Below are positions 40,197 to 50,069 of a DNA stretch of 64,000 bases, in pieces; the first letter of the stretch is position 1, and every line of letters begins with the position of its first letter. The stretch comes from Propionibacteriales bacterium (GTDB taxonomy: Bacteria; Actinomycetota; Actinomycetes; Propionibacteriales; Nocardioidaceae): positions 17,656 through 81,655 of the forward strand of contig JBBRYB010000015.1 in the NCBI GenBank assembly GCA_038238115.1, in the 5' to 3' direction. The position numbers and the translations under genes are program-made. The notes under the pieces are model-generated. The model searched no databases and was not told the DNA's origin. It saw only the letters and a list, made by a program, of their open reading frames with translations.

Positions 40197-40987
40197 CGCG
40201 ATCCCTGCTGTTCTGAGTGCGATGTACGCCGTACGACGGGAAGCCGCTTGATCCAGAGCCACAGGCCGTGCACGCGGATAAGCGCTGCCACCCGCTGCGG
40301 CATGAGGGGCTGGGTGAGCGCCACCTGGAGGATGCGCCAGGTCGTGATCGGCATCGGCCGGCCCGTGAAGCTGCCGGTGAAGCTCACCTTGTCGTCTTGC
40401 TTCAACGTGACAAACGCCCCGACCGAGTTGTCCTCGAGCACGAACTTGAGGCGGTAGTCACCGAAGACGCCGAAGAAGGGAGACACGTAGAACTCCTTGT
40501 CGGCCGTTCCTGCGCCGTGCTGGTCCACGTCGACCACATAGCCATGGCGCTCGCCATACGTGTTGTGCACCTCGGCGAGCACGCCCTCGAGCGATCCGTC
40601 AGCGGCATAGCACCAGTAGACGGTGAGCGGGTCGAAGACGTAGCCCAGGGTCCGGGCGTTCACCAACATGATGATGCGGTGCGCGGACCACGACACCCTT
40701 TGCGCGGCGAGGAAGTCGCGGACGTTCTGCCCCAGTGGCCGCTCGGGTGAGCCGAGGTGGTCACGAGACTGGAACGACACGAGCCCCCGAAGCAGCCGGG
40801 GCGCGACATCGGGTTGGTCGACGTCGATGAGCCATTGGTGGGCCCGGTAGTGAAACGAGTGCTTGATGGGATGGAACCGGGCGTGGCGAACCTCGCCCTT
40901 GACCAGTGCAGGGACGCGATGCCGACTCCGGACCTGGCCGCGTGTGGACGCGGCGGCAGCCGTCAGGGTGCTGTCTGGCTCGGTCAC
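40193..40987 (-). CDS. DUF1365-family protein
   Basis: GEVRHARFHPIKHSFHYRAHQWLIDVD is the typical DUF1365 N-terminus. It starts 4 nt after the upstream stop. Confidence 0.8.
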   Translation of the reverse strand: MTEPDSTLTAAAASTRGQVRSRHRVPALVKGEVRHARFHPIKHSFHYRAHQWLIDVDQPDVAPRLLRGLVSFQSRDHLGSPERPLGQNVRDFLAAQRVSWSAHRIIMLVNARTLGYVFDPLTVYWCYAADGSLEGVLAEVHNTYGERHGYVVDVDQHGAGTADKEFYVSPFFGVFGDYRLKFVLEDNSVGAFVTLKQDDKVSFTGSFTGRPMPITTWRILQVALTQPLMPQRVAALIRVHGLWLWIKRLPVVRRTSHSEQQGSR

Positions 40988-40991
40988 GGCG

Positions 40992-42254
40992 TCACCATGT
41001 CACGCCGAAGTGGGCAGCGGCCCCGACGCCGGCCCGGCAGCCGTCCTCGTGGAACCCCCACCCGTGGTATGCACCGGCATAGGTGGTCCTCGTGGTCGAC
41101 AGGGTGGGCAGCCGACGCTGGGCGGCCACCGAAGCCGTGCTGAAGATCGGGTGTGTGTAGTCCACCGTGGCCAGCACCAGGTCGGGGTCCACCTCGCTTG
41201 AGCCGTTGAGCGTTACGACCAGCGGGTAGCGCTCGTTGTGGCCCTGGAGCCGGTTCATCCAGTAGCTGACCTGCACCTGGTCCGAGCGCTCGTTGCATGC
41301 CGAGAGCCGAAAGTTCCAGCTGGCACGCTCTTCGACGCGTGAGGGCAGGACCGAGAGATCCGTGTGGAGCTGGGTCGGGTTGGCCGAATATCCGAAGGCT
41401 CCGAGCACCTCGAACTCGACGTCGCTGGGATCGCTCAGCAGGTGCAGGGCGTCGTCGGCGTGGGTGGCGACGACGACCCGATCGAAGTCGTGCTGTACTC
41501 CGGCCGCGTCCGTGACCACCACACCGTCATCCTTGCGTGCGATGGCGGTGACCGGGCTGGCGGCGCGGACGTCAGCCAGCCGGTCACCAACCTTGTCAAC
41601 GTAGGTCTTGGAGCCACCTTCGACGACGTACCACTGCGGTGCGTCACCCGGCTCGAGGAAACCGTGGTTGGACAAGAAGGCGAACAGGTAGGCGGCCGGG
41701 TAGCCCATCGCGTCGTGGTTACCGCTTGACCAAACACACGAGACGAGGGGCAGTGCGTAGTGGGCGATGAAGTGCTCGCGGAAGTGGTGCCGCTGGAGGA
41801 AGTCGCCGTACGTCTCGAGCGACGACGGGTCGTGGCGGAGGTGGGAGAGCGCGAGCTTCTGGAAGCGTCGTACGCCGACGAGCAGTCGCCAGAACGCGGG
41901 ATCGAGCAGGCGGCGCTTCTGCGCGAAGATCCCTCGAGCGCCGCGACCGCCAACATAGCCGAGACCGCACTCGTCGCACGAGATCCCCATGCTCATCTCG
42001 GTCGGCTTCGTCGCGACACCGAGCTCGGTGAAGAGCCGTCGGAGCAGGGGGTAGGTGCGGTCGTTGAGCACGATGAACCCGGAGTCGACCGACGTGTGGT
42101 CATCGCCGGTGGGGACCCGGTGCGTGTGTGCATGCCCACCGAGGCGATCCTCGCGCTCGAACAGCGTGACGTGATGGGTGCGCTGCAGCAGGTAGGCGGC
42201 GGTGAGACCCGAGATCCCGGCCCCGACAACTGCCACGCGGGGCTGGGACGTCAT
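40992..42254 (-). CDS. NAD(P)/FAD-dependent oxidoreductase (amine-oxidase-like)
   Basis: N-terminal dinucleotide fold (VAVVGAGISGLTAAYLL). The usual partner of DUF1365 and CFA-synthase genes. Confidence 0.8.
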   Translation of the reverse strand: MTSQPRVAVVGAGISGLTAAYLLQRTHHVTLFEREDRLGGHAHTHRVPTGDDHTSVDSGFIVLNDRTYPLLRRLFTELGVATKPTEMSMGISCDECGLGYVGGRGARGIFAQKRRLLDPAFWRLLVGVRRFQKLALSHLRHDPSSLETYGDFLQRHHFREHFIAHYALPLVSCVWSSGNHDAMGYPAAYLFAFLSNHGFLEPGDAPQWYVVEGGSKTYVDKVGDRLADVRAASPVTAIARKDDGVVVTDAAGVQHDFDRVVVATHADDALHLLSDPSDVEFEVLGAFGYSANPTQLHTDLSVLPSRVEERASWNFRLSACNERSDQVQVSYWMNRLQGHNERYPLVVTLNGSSEVDPDLVLATVDYTHPIFSTASVAAQRRLPTLSTTRTTYAGAYHGWGFHEDGCRAGVGAAAHFGVTW

Positions 42255-42358
42255 GCGGGGGAGCCTATCCGGGGATCGCAGGGGTGGCGGAAGTATCTAT
42301 CAGGTGATTCGTCGCCAGATCGCGTGCGGATTGGCGGTGCCGTCGGTCGAGCGGGCGA

Positions 42359-43054
42359 TCAGCGCCCTCGCATGGTCTGGCGGGCCTGTTTCATGCTCGT
42401 CGGCACCGGCCCCTTGGGGACCGGGAGCTGGGGCCGCATCGCGTCGAGTGCCTTGAGCCGCTGCAGCACGTCGGTGACGTCGGCGGGGGTGATGTTGCGG
42501 GGGAGCTTCATGATGCGCTTGGACAGCTTCTTGACGGGTGTGGCGTCACCACCGACCTCGCCGACGACCATGTCGTAGATGGGTGTCTCGCCCACGACCC
42601 GCGCGTGCTTCTTCTTCTCGACTCCCAACAGGTGCCGGACCCGCGCCTCGTTGCCCTCACCGATCAGCACCACGCCCGGTCGGCCGACCACCCGGTGCAC
42701 GAGGTCCTGGTTCTTGGTGACCGCGACGGCCGTCTGGACCTGCCAACCTCGGCGCAGCACCCCCAGGGCGGCGGCCGCGGCGCCAGGACGCCCCTCGACC
42801 TGCGCGTAGGCGGTCTTCTCGGCGCGGCGTCCGAACACGACCAGCCAGGCCAGCACGCCGGATGAGATGCCGACAACCACGCCGGCGATCGGGTGCACCA
42901 ACAACCAGAAGATCGCGCCGACGACTACGCCGACGCCTAGTAGCCATGCCAAGCAGACGAGGCCGACGCGCTTGTCGTGCTCACTGGTGATCCGGTAGGC
43001 CTGGATCAGCTTCCTGATCGCGCCCTGTTTCTTGGTGCCGGTGTCCTTCGCCAT
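42359..43054 (-). CDS. DUF4191-family membrane protein
   Basis: MAKDTGTKKQGAIRKLIQAYRIT plus two transmembrane helices. Occupies the position after lipA, as in Mtb Rv2219 (recalled). Confidence 0.8.
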   Translation of the reverse strand: MAKDTGTKKQGAIRKLIQAYRITSEHDKRVGLVCLAWLLGVGVVVGAIFWLLVHPIAGVVVGISSGVLAWLVVFGRRAEKTAYAQVEGRPGAAAAALGVLRRGWQVQTAVAVTKNQDLVHRVVGRPGVVLIGEGNEARVRHLLGVEKKKHARVVGETPIYDMVVGEVGGDATPVKKLSKRIMKLPRNITPADVTDVLQRLKALDAMRPQLPVPKGPVPTSMKQARQTMRGR

Positions 43055-43119
43055 CAATGGCCGCCTTCTTCTTGGCTCTGCGTCGAGCGGTTGCGTGTGC
43101 CGTGCCGCGCGGTCCGGGC

Positions 43120-44061
43120 TCAGTGCCCGGCCCCGACCAGCCGTCGTGACTCCAGAGCCTGGTGGTAGAGGCGCCCGGCGCGGTACGACGACCGCACCAT
43201 CGGTCCGCTCATCGCCCCGGCAAAGCCGAGGGCCAGCGCCTCGTCGCGCAGCTCGACGAACTCCTCGGGCTTGACCCAGCGCTCGACCCGGTGGTGACGC
43301 ACCGACGGGCGCAGGTACTGCGTGATCGTGATGAGGTCGGTGCCGACCGAGCGCAGGTCCCCGAGCGCCGCGGTGATCTCCTCGCGCGTCTCGCCCATGC
43401 CGAGGATCAGGTTGGACTTCGTGACGAGCCCGGCCCGCCGGGCCTGGTCGATGACGTCGAGCGATCGTTCGTAGCGAAAGCCTGGCCGGATCCGCCGGAA
43501 GATGCGCGGCACTGTCTCGATGTTGTGGGCGAACACCTCGGGGGCGGCGTCGAACAGCTGCCCCAGGAAGTCGGCCCTGCCGCTGAAGTCAGGCGCGAGC
43601 ATCTCGACGCCGACACCAGGGTTGAGTGCGTGGATCTGGCGGATGGTCTCGGCATAAAGCCAGGCCCCCTCGTCCTCGAGGTCGTCGCGGCATACCCCGG
43701 TCACCGTGGCGTGGCGCAGCTGCATGGCGCGGACGCTCTCGGCCACCCGCAGCGGCTCACCCTCGTCGAGCGGTGCCGGCCGGCCGGTGTCGATCTGGCA
43801 GAAGTCGCACCGCCGAGTGCACTGGTCGCCGCCGATGAGAAACGTCGCCTCGCGGACCTCCCAGCATTCGAAGATGTTGGGACAGCCCGCCTCCTGGCAC
43901 ACCGTGTGCAGGCCCTCGCGTTTGACCAGAGCCTGCAGCTCGCTGTATTCCGGGCCCATCGTGGCGCGCGTCTTGATCCAGGCGGGCTTCTTCTCGATGG
44001 GGGTTTCGGCGTTGCGCACCTCGAGGCGCAACATCCTTCGTCCTTCGGGCGAGATCGTCAC
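43120..44061 (-). CDS. lipA: lipoyl synthase
   Basis: [13 protein letters not shown] and [10 protein letters not shown], the two Fe-S cluster motifs. GTG start at 44061 (VTISPEGRR). Confidence 0.95.
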   Translation of the reverse strand: MTISPEGRRMLRLEVRNAETPIEKKPAWIKTRATMGPEYSELQALVKREGLHTVCQEAGCPNIFECWEVREATFLIGGDQCTRRCDFCQIDTGRPAPLDEGEPLRVAESVRAMQLRHATVTGVCRDDLEDEGAWLYAETIRQIHALNPGVGVEMLAPDFSGRADFLGQLFDAAPEVFAHNIETVPRIFRRIRPGFRYERSLDVIDQARRAGLVTKSNLILGMGETREEITAALGDLRSVGTDLITITQYLRPSVRHHRVERWVKPEEFVELRDEALALGFAGAMSGPMVRSSYRAGRLYHQALESRRLVGAGH

Positions 44062-44139
44062 GTGCCCAGGGTACGCGCAGTCCGGCACGCCTCATGTCGG
44101 CCGGAAGGCGGATCAGACCGGGTCGCGTCGAAATGTCGC

Positions 44140-44880
44140 TCAGAGGTCTGGCGACCGGTCGTACGGCGACCAGCCCAACAGGTCGCGCAGGTGGTACTGG
44201 ACATGTGGCACCGCCTCGCCGACACCCACGTCGCGGCTCAGCTCGGCGCTCAGGGTGGTCACGGCGGCGTCACGAATGCCGCAAGGCACGATCGCGTCGT
44301 AGGCGTCCAGGGAGTTGTCACAGTTGAGGGCCAGACCGTGCATGGTGACACGGCGAGACACCCGCACCCCGAGGGCGGCGACCTTGCGCTGGGGACGAAG
44401 ACCGTCGGCGGCCAGCCAGACACCGCTACGCCCCTTGACGCGCCCGGTGGCAAGGCCGAGGTCCGCGCACACCCGGATGAGCGCCTCCTCGAGCCGCCGG
44501 ACGAAGTCGACGACGTAGACGTGCTCGGGAAGCTTGGTGATCGGATATCCGACGAGCTGGCCGGGACCGTGCCAGGTGATCTTGCCGCCGCGGTCGACCT
44601 CGACGACCGGCGTACCGTCGACGGGCCGGTCCTGAGCCTCGGTTCGCTTGCCCGCGGTATAGACCGGTGTGTGCTCCAACAGCCACACCACGTCGCCGAT
44701 CTCGTCGGCGACCCGCTGAGCGTGCAGGGCCCGCTGGGCCTGCCAGCCGGCCCGGTAGTCGACGGCGTTGCGTCCGAAGCCGCCGAGGCGCATGCCGAGA
44801 CTCACGGTCGCCGACCGCTTCTGCTTCTGCGCTGCCATCCGGAGCGGCTGATCGGCGATCACCACTCCATCTTGCCTCAT
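44140..44880 (-). CDS. lipB: lipoyl(octanoyl) transferase
   Basis: [50 protein letters not shown]. The start may be internal (44838) rather than 44880. Confidence 0.9.
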   Translation of the reverse strand: MRQDGVVIADQPLRMAAQKQKRSATVSLGMRLGGFGRNAVDYRAGWQAQRALHAQRVADEIGDVVWLLEHTPVYTAGKRTEAQDRPVDGTPVVEVDRGGKITWHGPGQLVGYPITKLPEHVYVVDFVRRLEEALIRVCADLGLATGRVKGRSGVWLAADGLRPQRKVAALGVRVSRRVTMHGLALNCDNSLDAYDAIVPCGIRDAAVTTLSAELSRDVGVGEAVPHVQYHLRDLLGWSPYDRSPDL

Positions 44881-46142
44881 CGCTCAGCAGGTCTCTCGAA
44901 CCTGATCTGACTCACTCCCAGGTAGCGCGAGGCGAAGCCGGCCTCGCAGTAGGCGAGGTAGAACTCCCAGGTACGCCGGAAGGCCTCGTCGAAGCCCTGC
45001 CGGCTGATCGACTCCCAGTTGGCATTGAACTGGTCACGCCACCGGTGCAACGTCTCCGCGTAATGCAAGCCCAGGTCGCGTCGATCGGTGACCCGTAGCC
45101 GGGTGCCGGCCGCGCACACCGCCTCGATCGCCTCCAGCGACGGGATCAGGCCGCCCGGGAAGATGTGCTTCTGGATCCAGCCGTAGGAGTTCCGGGTCTC
45201 GATCAGCCGCTGGTGACTCATCAGGATCGCCTGGATCGCGACCCGCCCCCCTGGCGCCAGATGAGCGTCGATCGTGGCGAAGTAGCTCGGCCAGAACTCC
45301 TCGCCGACGGCCTCGATCATCTCGATGCTCACGATCGCGTCGAACTCGCCGACCACGTCGCGATAGTCGACGATCCGAACCTCCGCGAGGTGGTCGAGGC
45401 CACGCTCCTTGATGCGCTCGGTGGCGAGTTCGGCTTGCTCCTGTGACAGCGTGATCGAGGTGACCAGGGCGCCGCGCTCCGCCGCGCGGATGGCCAGCGA
45501 CCCCCAGCCGGAGCCGATCTCCAGCAGACGGGTGCCGTCGCCCACGTCGGCGTAGTCGAGGATGCCGTCGAGCTTGCGGAGCTGGGCGGTCTCGAGTGAC
45601 TCGGACGCCATGTTGCCTGGCGCCGTGGCGTGAGGCTCGGTTTCGAACCACGCGGAGGAGTAGGTCATCGTGGCGTCGAGGAACGCGCTGAACAGCGCGT
45701 TGGACATGTCGTAGTGTGCCTCGATGTTGGACTTCGAGCCGTCCCGGGTGTTGCTGGTATGGCGGGGGAGCTTGCGGTCGATGACCCCGCGCATCCGTCG
45801 CAGCGATGCGGGCATGAGCTCGGCCACCTGGGTCGCGAAGGGCGTGAGCAGCTCGGCAAGGTCGGTCCCGTCGCCGGCCCTCCAGTCGCCGGCGACGTAC
45901 GCCTCCCCGAAGGCCATCTTGGCGTCGGTGCCCAGCCGCCGGTAGAAGCTCGCGGGATCGACCACCTCGAAGACGGGCGCCCGTCCAGGCGCCGGGCCCC
46001 AGGCCGTCCCGTCCGGGAACTCGAAGCGGACGTCGACCCGCCTGGCCGCGATCTTGACCACCGAACGCGCCACTCTGGCGGCAACCGCGGCATACAACTC
46101 AGACAACGAACCGGACCCATCTCTCGTCGTGGCTGTCGACAC
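44877..46142 (-). CDS. cyclopropane-fatty-acyl-phospholipid synthase family methyltransferase
   Basis: [17 protein letters not shown] motif ([12 protein letters not shown]) and the C-terminal YLAYCEAGF. The stop overlaps the longest lipB start (ATGA at 44877-44880). Confidence 0.85.
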   Translation of the reverse strand: MSTATTRDGSGSLSELYAAVAARVARSVVKIAARRVDVRFEFPDGTAWGPAPGRAPVFEVVDPASFYRRLGTDAKMAFGEAYVAGDWRAGDGTDLAELLTPFATQVAELMPASLRRMRGVIDRKLPRHTSNTRDGSKSNIEAHYDMSNALFSAFLDATMTYSSAWFETEPHATAPGNMASESLETAQLRKLDGILDYADVGDGTRLLEIGSGWGSLAIRAAERGALVTSITLSQEQAELATERIKERGLDHLAEVRIVDYRDVVGEFDAIVSIEMIEAVGEEFWPSYFATIDAHLAPGGRVAIQAILMSHQRLIETRNSYGWIQKHIFPGGLIPSLEAIEAVCAAGTRLRVTDRRDLGLHYAETLHRWRDQFNANWESISRQGFDEAFRRTWEFYLAYCEAGFASRYLGVSQIRFERPAER

Positions 46143-46290
46143 AGCACCCAGGTTAGGGGCCGCGAGCGCCAGATAGCTTCACTGAGGGATTCGACACCGA
46201 CTCACGATCAGATTGGCCCATCCGTGCCGGTTTGTCGGGGCCTGTGGACAACGGCGACAGAGACCGGCTCGATGAGGGCAGAGTAGGTGG

Positions 46291-46893
46291 ATGCGCGCAT
46301 CAGGCCATCGCCATGTCAGCCGGTCGCCGGCCAGCGCCCGTCACCCGGCAGCGACGTTGGCGGTCCTCGTCGTGGCCGTGGCGGCGCTGGGTGCGAGCGG
46401 CGTCGCTGTCGTGTCGCTCGACGAGCAGGCACCGCACCAGGGGTCGACGGCGTCCGCGGAGCCGGCTTTCGGCTCCCCGCCGAGCCGTTCACGGCCCAGC
46501 GAACCCGGTCCTGAGGTGGCGACGTGGCGGGAGGTGGTCCGTGCACTCGTCGCCCGGCGAAGCTTCGCGTGGCACCGCGGTGACCCGACCCTCCTGGACA
46601 GCGTGTACGTCGCCGGCTCGACCGTAGAGAGTCGTGACCGGCGGATGATGCGTGCCTATGCCGCCCGAGGCCTCGATGTGCGCGGCGCTCGACTTCGGCT
46701 GGGGTCGGTCACCGAGCGATCCCGCACAAGGGGTGTCGTACGCATTCAGCTGGTGGATCGGCTCGGCCCGACCACCGCTGTCGGCACGTCCGGGCAGAGA
46801 TACTCGCTTCCGCGCGACCTCCCGAGCCGGCACGTGCTCGTGCTGCGACGGGTCGGCGGCGCCTGGCGGATCGCAAACATCCGCCTCGGCTGA
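46291..46893 (+). CDS. hypothetical membrane-anchored protein
   Basis: 200-aa ORF with an N-terminal TM/signal-like helix (ATLAVLVVAVAALGASGVAVV). No recognisable domain. Confidence 0.5.
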   Translation: MRASGHRHVSRSPASARHPAATLAVLVVAVAALGASGVAVVSLDEQAPHQGSTASAEPAFGSPPSRSRPSEPGPEVATWREVVRALVARRSFAWHRGDPTLLDSVYVAGSTVESRDRRMMRAYAARGLDVRGARLRLGSVTERSRTRGVVRIQLVDRLGPTTAVGTSGQRYSLPRDLPSRHVLVLRRVGGAWRIANIRLG

Positions 46894-46900
46894 GACGACC

Positions 46901-47794
46901 TCAGCCGTGGGCGAGCGCGGCGTCCACCTGAGCCTCGATCGTCGGGTGCTCGAACGTGAAGCCAAGCTCCATCAGGCGTCGAGGACTGGCGTTGACGCTC
47001 CCGAGCACCTCGCTCGACAGGTCGCCGGCGATCGCCCTGATCGCGAAGGCGGGTGTGGCCAGCAGAGTCGGGCGGTGCAGCCGTTTGCCCAAAGCGGCGG
47101 TGAGGTCGGCGTTGGTCGCCGCGACCGGCGCCACCATGTTGTAGACCCCGGCTGCCGACGAGTCGGTGGCAAGCAACGTCACCGCCGCGACATAGTCGCG
47201 CAGCGAGATCGAGGGGAACCACTGCTCTCCGCTGCCGAGTCGGCCACCTACCCCGACCAGAAACGGCAGTTTCATCAGCCGAAGTGCCCCGCCGGAACCG
47301 TCGAGCACGACCCCCGTGCGCAGGATGACGACACGCGCCCCAGCGTCTCGTGCGCCTGCTGTCGCCGCCTCCCACTGCTGCGCCACGCCGGCGAGGAACG
47401 TCTGGCCGGGTGGCGAGTCCTCGTCGAGGCTCTCATCGCCTCGGTCTCCGTAGAAGCTGATACCGCTCTGGCTGACCAGGGCAGGCTTGTCGTCGACGCC
47501 GGCAACCGCGTCGGAGATCGTGTGCGTCGCGGCGACGCGACTGTCCAGGATCTGCTGCTTGTACGACGACGTGACCGGCCAGCGGGCGATCGGCGCCCCA
47601 GACATGTTGATGACGGTGTCGGCGGCCGCCACAACCGATGGGTCGAGCTCGCCTCGATAAGGGTCCCAGCGGACTTCGGCGTCTGTCGTCGGCTCGCGTC
47701 GCACGAGCAGGGTGAGGTCGTGCCCGGCCGCGGCCAGGTGGGAGCGAAGCGCCGAGCCGAGGAAGCCGGAGGCGCCGCAGAGAAGGATGTGCAT
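46901..47794 (-). CDS. TIGR01777-family NAD-dependent epimerase/dehydratase-like protein (DUF1731 C-terminus)
   Basis: MHILLCGASGFLGSAL Rossmann start. Overall pattern matches Mtb Rv2216 (recalled). Confidence 0.8.
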   Translation of the reverse strand: MHILLCGASGFLGSALRSHLAAAGHDLTLLVRREPTTDAEVRWDPYRGELDPSVVAAADTVINMSGAPIARWPVTSSYKQQILDSRVAATHTISDAVAGVDDKPALVSQSGISFYGDRGDESLDEDSPPGQTFLAGVAQQWEAATAGARDAGARVVILRTGVVLDGSGGALRLMKLPFLVGVGGRLGSGEQWFPSISLRDYVAAVTLLATDSSAAGVYNMVAPVAATNADLTAALGKRLHRPTLLATPAFAIRAIAGDLSSEVLGSVNASPRRLMELGFTFEHPTIEAQVDAALAHG

Positions 47795-47908
47795 GTCACC
47801 ATCCTGCCGGTCCCGGTGCTGGCTCGACGGACGCCTCCCTGCTGCCGCTTCGCCTCCGGATCGCCGCCGGACAGTCCCTGTTTCTCACCGCCGGTTACCG
47901 CCTGCGCC

Positions 47909-49993
47909 TCAGCCGCCGAGCTCAGCCTCGAAGTTTGCCTCTTCGAGCCGCTGCTTGACGGTGGACAGGAATCGGGCCGCGTCGGCGCCGTCCACCAGGC
48001 GGTGATCGTAGGTGAGGGCGAGATAGGCCATCTGGCGCACGCCGATGGTCTCGCCCAGCCGGGGGTCGCTCAGCACAACGGCCCGCTTGACGACCGTCCC
48101 GGTTCCGAGAATCGCCACTTGCGGCTGGTTGATGATCGGCGTGTCGAACAGAGCCCCTCGGCTGCCGGTGTTGGTCAGCGTGAAGGTCCCCCCTGACAGC
48201 TCGTCGGGGTTGATCTTGTTGTTGCGGGTGCGCTCGGCCAGGTCGGCGATCTTGCGGGACAACCCCGCGATGGAGAGGTCACCGGCGTTGCTGATGACGG
48301 GCACCAGCAGGCCGCGTTCGGTGTCGACAGCCACGCCCAGGTGCTCGCCGTCGTGGTATGTGACAGTGCCGGCCTCGGTGTCGATCGACGCGTTGACCTG
48401 GGGATAGGTCTTCAAGGCGTCGACCGCCGCCTTGGCGAAGAACGGCAGGAACGAGAGCTTGACACCCTCGCGCTGCTCGAAGGCGGCCTTGTGTCGGTCT
48501 CGCAGCCGCGAGATCGCGGTGACATCGACCTCGACGACAGTGGTGAGCTGAGCCGAGACCTGCAGCGACTCGACCATGCGCGTTGCGATGACCTTGCGCA
48601 GCCGACTCAGCTTCTCGGTCTTGCCACGCAACGGGCTCGGTGTCGCCGCCGGCGCCGACGCGGCCGGGGTCTCGGCAGCGGGAGCCGGGGCTGCCTGCTC
48701 CGCCGCCTTGGCGGCCTCGAGCACATCCTGCTTTCGGATCCGACCCCCAACACCGGTGCCTGTGACACCCGCGAGGTCGACGCTGTGCTGCGAGGCCAGC
48801 TTGCGCACCAGTGGTGTGACGTAGCTCTTGCCGTCCGAGCTCGTCGATGAGGGCTGCTCACCTTCACCTGGAGTCGCGCGGGCTTCGCCGCCATTGGCCG
48901 ACGGCTTGTCCTGCGTGGCCTGTTGCTCCGACTCCTCCGCCTTGGCCGCTTCTGGCTCGGCCTCTTCTTTCTCCGCCTCTGGCTCAGGCTCCGGCTTCTC
49001 GTCGGGGGCCGGCTCGGGCGTCTTCTCGGGCTCGGCGTCGTCATCGGCCGCTGGAGCTTCGCCGGAGGAGTCCGGCGGTGACCCCGATCCGATGACGGCG
49101 AGGACGCCGCCCACCTCGACTGTCTCGTCCGCGTCCGCCCTGATCTCGAGCAGCGTCCCCGCGACCGGTGAGGGGATTTCGGTGTCCACCTTGTCCGTGG
49201 ACACCTCGAGCAGCGGCTCGTCGACGGCCACATCGTCCCCCACCGACTTCAGCCATTGGGTGACGGTGCCCTCGGTGACACTCTCGCCCAGCTCGGGCAA
49301 CGTGACGTCGGTGGACGCAGCCGCGGAGTCGCCCCCGGAGCTTGATCGGGCGTCGGCCCGGGCGGCGGGTGCCGTCTCCGAGGGAGGTTGCTTCTGGGCG
49401 CCTTCGTCCGTCTGTGTGTCTTCGGCGTCCTCGCTCGGCTGGCTCTGCTGCGAGGTGTCCTCGCTCGGCTGGCTCTGCTGCGACGTGTTCTCGGTGCTGT
49501 CATCATCGCCGCCGTCGTCGCGCTCCTTGCTGGCGCTCTCCTCGGCTGGCTCCTGGGCCTGCGCGCTTTCGTCCTGCGCGCTCTCGCCCTGTGCGTCCTC
49601 GTCCTGCGCGCTCTCGCCCTGTGCGTCCTCGTCCTGCGCGCTCTCGCCCTGTGCGTCCTCGTCCTGCGCGCTCTCGCCCTGTGCGTCCTCGTCCTGCGCG
49701 CTCTCGCCCTGGGTGTCTTCACCCTGCGCCGCGGCTCCGTCTACGCCCGACTCGCCCTCAGCACCGATGACCGCGAGCACCGCGCCCACCTCGACCGTCT
49801 CGTCCTCGGAGGCCTTGATCTCGAGCAAGGTCCCAGCTACGGGCGAGGGGATCTCGGTGTCGACCTTGTCGGTCGAGACCTCGAGCAGCGGCTCGTCGAC
49901 GGCGATCTCGTCACCGACCGACTTGAGCCACTGCGTGACAGTGCCCTCCGTGACGCTCTCGCCGAGGGCCGGGAGGGTTACTTCAGTCGCCAT
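47909..49993 (-). CDS. sucB: dihydrolipoyllysine-residue acyltransferase E2 (two lipoyl domains)
   Basis: Two lipoyl domains (each [13 protein letters not shown]), an E3-binding domain ([10 protein letters not shown]) and the catalytic DHRLVDG. It has an unusually long acidic repeat linker. Confidence 0.9.
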   Translation of the reverse strand: MATEVTLPALGESVTEGTVTQWLKSVGDEIAVDEPLLEVSTDKVDTEIPSPVAGTLLEIKASEDETVEVGAVLAVIGAEGESGVDGAAAQGEDTQGESAQDEDAQGESAQDEDAQGESAQDEDAQGESAQDEDAQGESAQDESAQAQEPAEESASKERDDGGDDDSTENTSQQSQPSEDTSQQSQPSEDAEDTQTDEGAQKQPPSETAPAARADARSSSGGDSAAASTDVTLPELGESVTEGTVTQWLKSVGDDVAVDEPLLEVSTDKVDTEIPSPVAGTLLEIRADADETVEVGGVLAVIGSGSPPDSSGEAPAADDDAEPEKTPEPAPDEKPEPEPEAEKEEAEPEAAKAEESEQQATQDKPSANGGEARATPGEGEQPSSTSSDGKSYVTPLVRKLASQHSVDLAGVTGTGVGGRIRKQDVLEAAKAAEQAAPAPAAETPAASAPAATPSPLRGKTEKLSRLRKVIATRMVESLQVSAQLTTVVEVDVTAISRLRDRHKAAFEQREGVKLSFLPFFAKAAVDALKTYPQVNASIDTEAGTVTYHDGEHLGVAVDTERGLLVPVISNAGDLSIAGLSRKIADLAERTRNNKINPDELSGGTFTLTNTGSRGALFDTPIINQPQVAILGTGTVVKRAVVLSDPRLGETIGVRQMAYLALTYDHRLVDGADAARFLSTVKQRLEEANFEAELGG
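49427..49486 (-). repeat. 30-bp tandem repeat, 2 copies, in frame in the sucB linker
   Basis: gtcctcgctcggctggctctgctgcga recurs at 49427 and 49457. Encodes [10 protein letters not shown] x2. Confidence 0.85.
49571..49720 (-). repeat. 30-bp tandem repeat, 4 perfect plus 1 imperfect copies, in frame in the sucB linker
   Basis: Plus-strand unit gtcctgcgcgctctcgccctgtgcgtcctc at 49571, 49601, 49631 and 49661, with a variant at 49691. Encodes [10 protein letters not shown] repeats. Confidence 0.9.
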
Positions 49994-50069
49994 AGGGGTT
50001 GAGTTCCTCTTGTCTTCGGGCCGGGTCGCGGAGGGCGCACGTCTTCGGGCCTCAGCCTACGACGAATCC

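Noticed and set aside
49427-49720. Regular 30-bp repeats (and the 21-bp repeats at 33014-33118) considered as a possible CRISPR array.
   Set aside because: The units are directly adjacent with no spacers and are in frame within sucB and glnE. No cas genes are present in the window.
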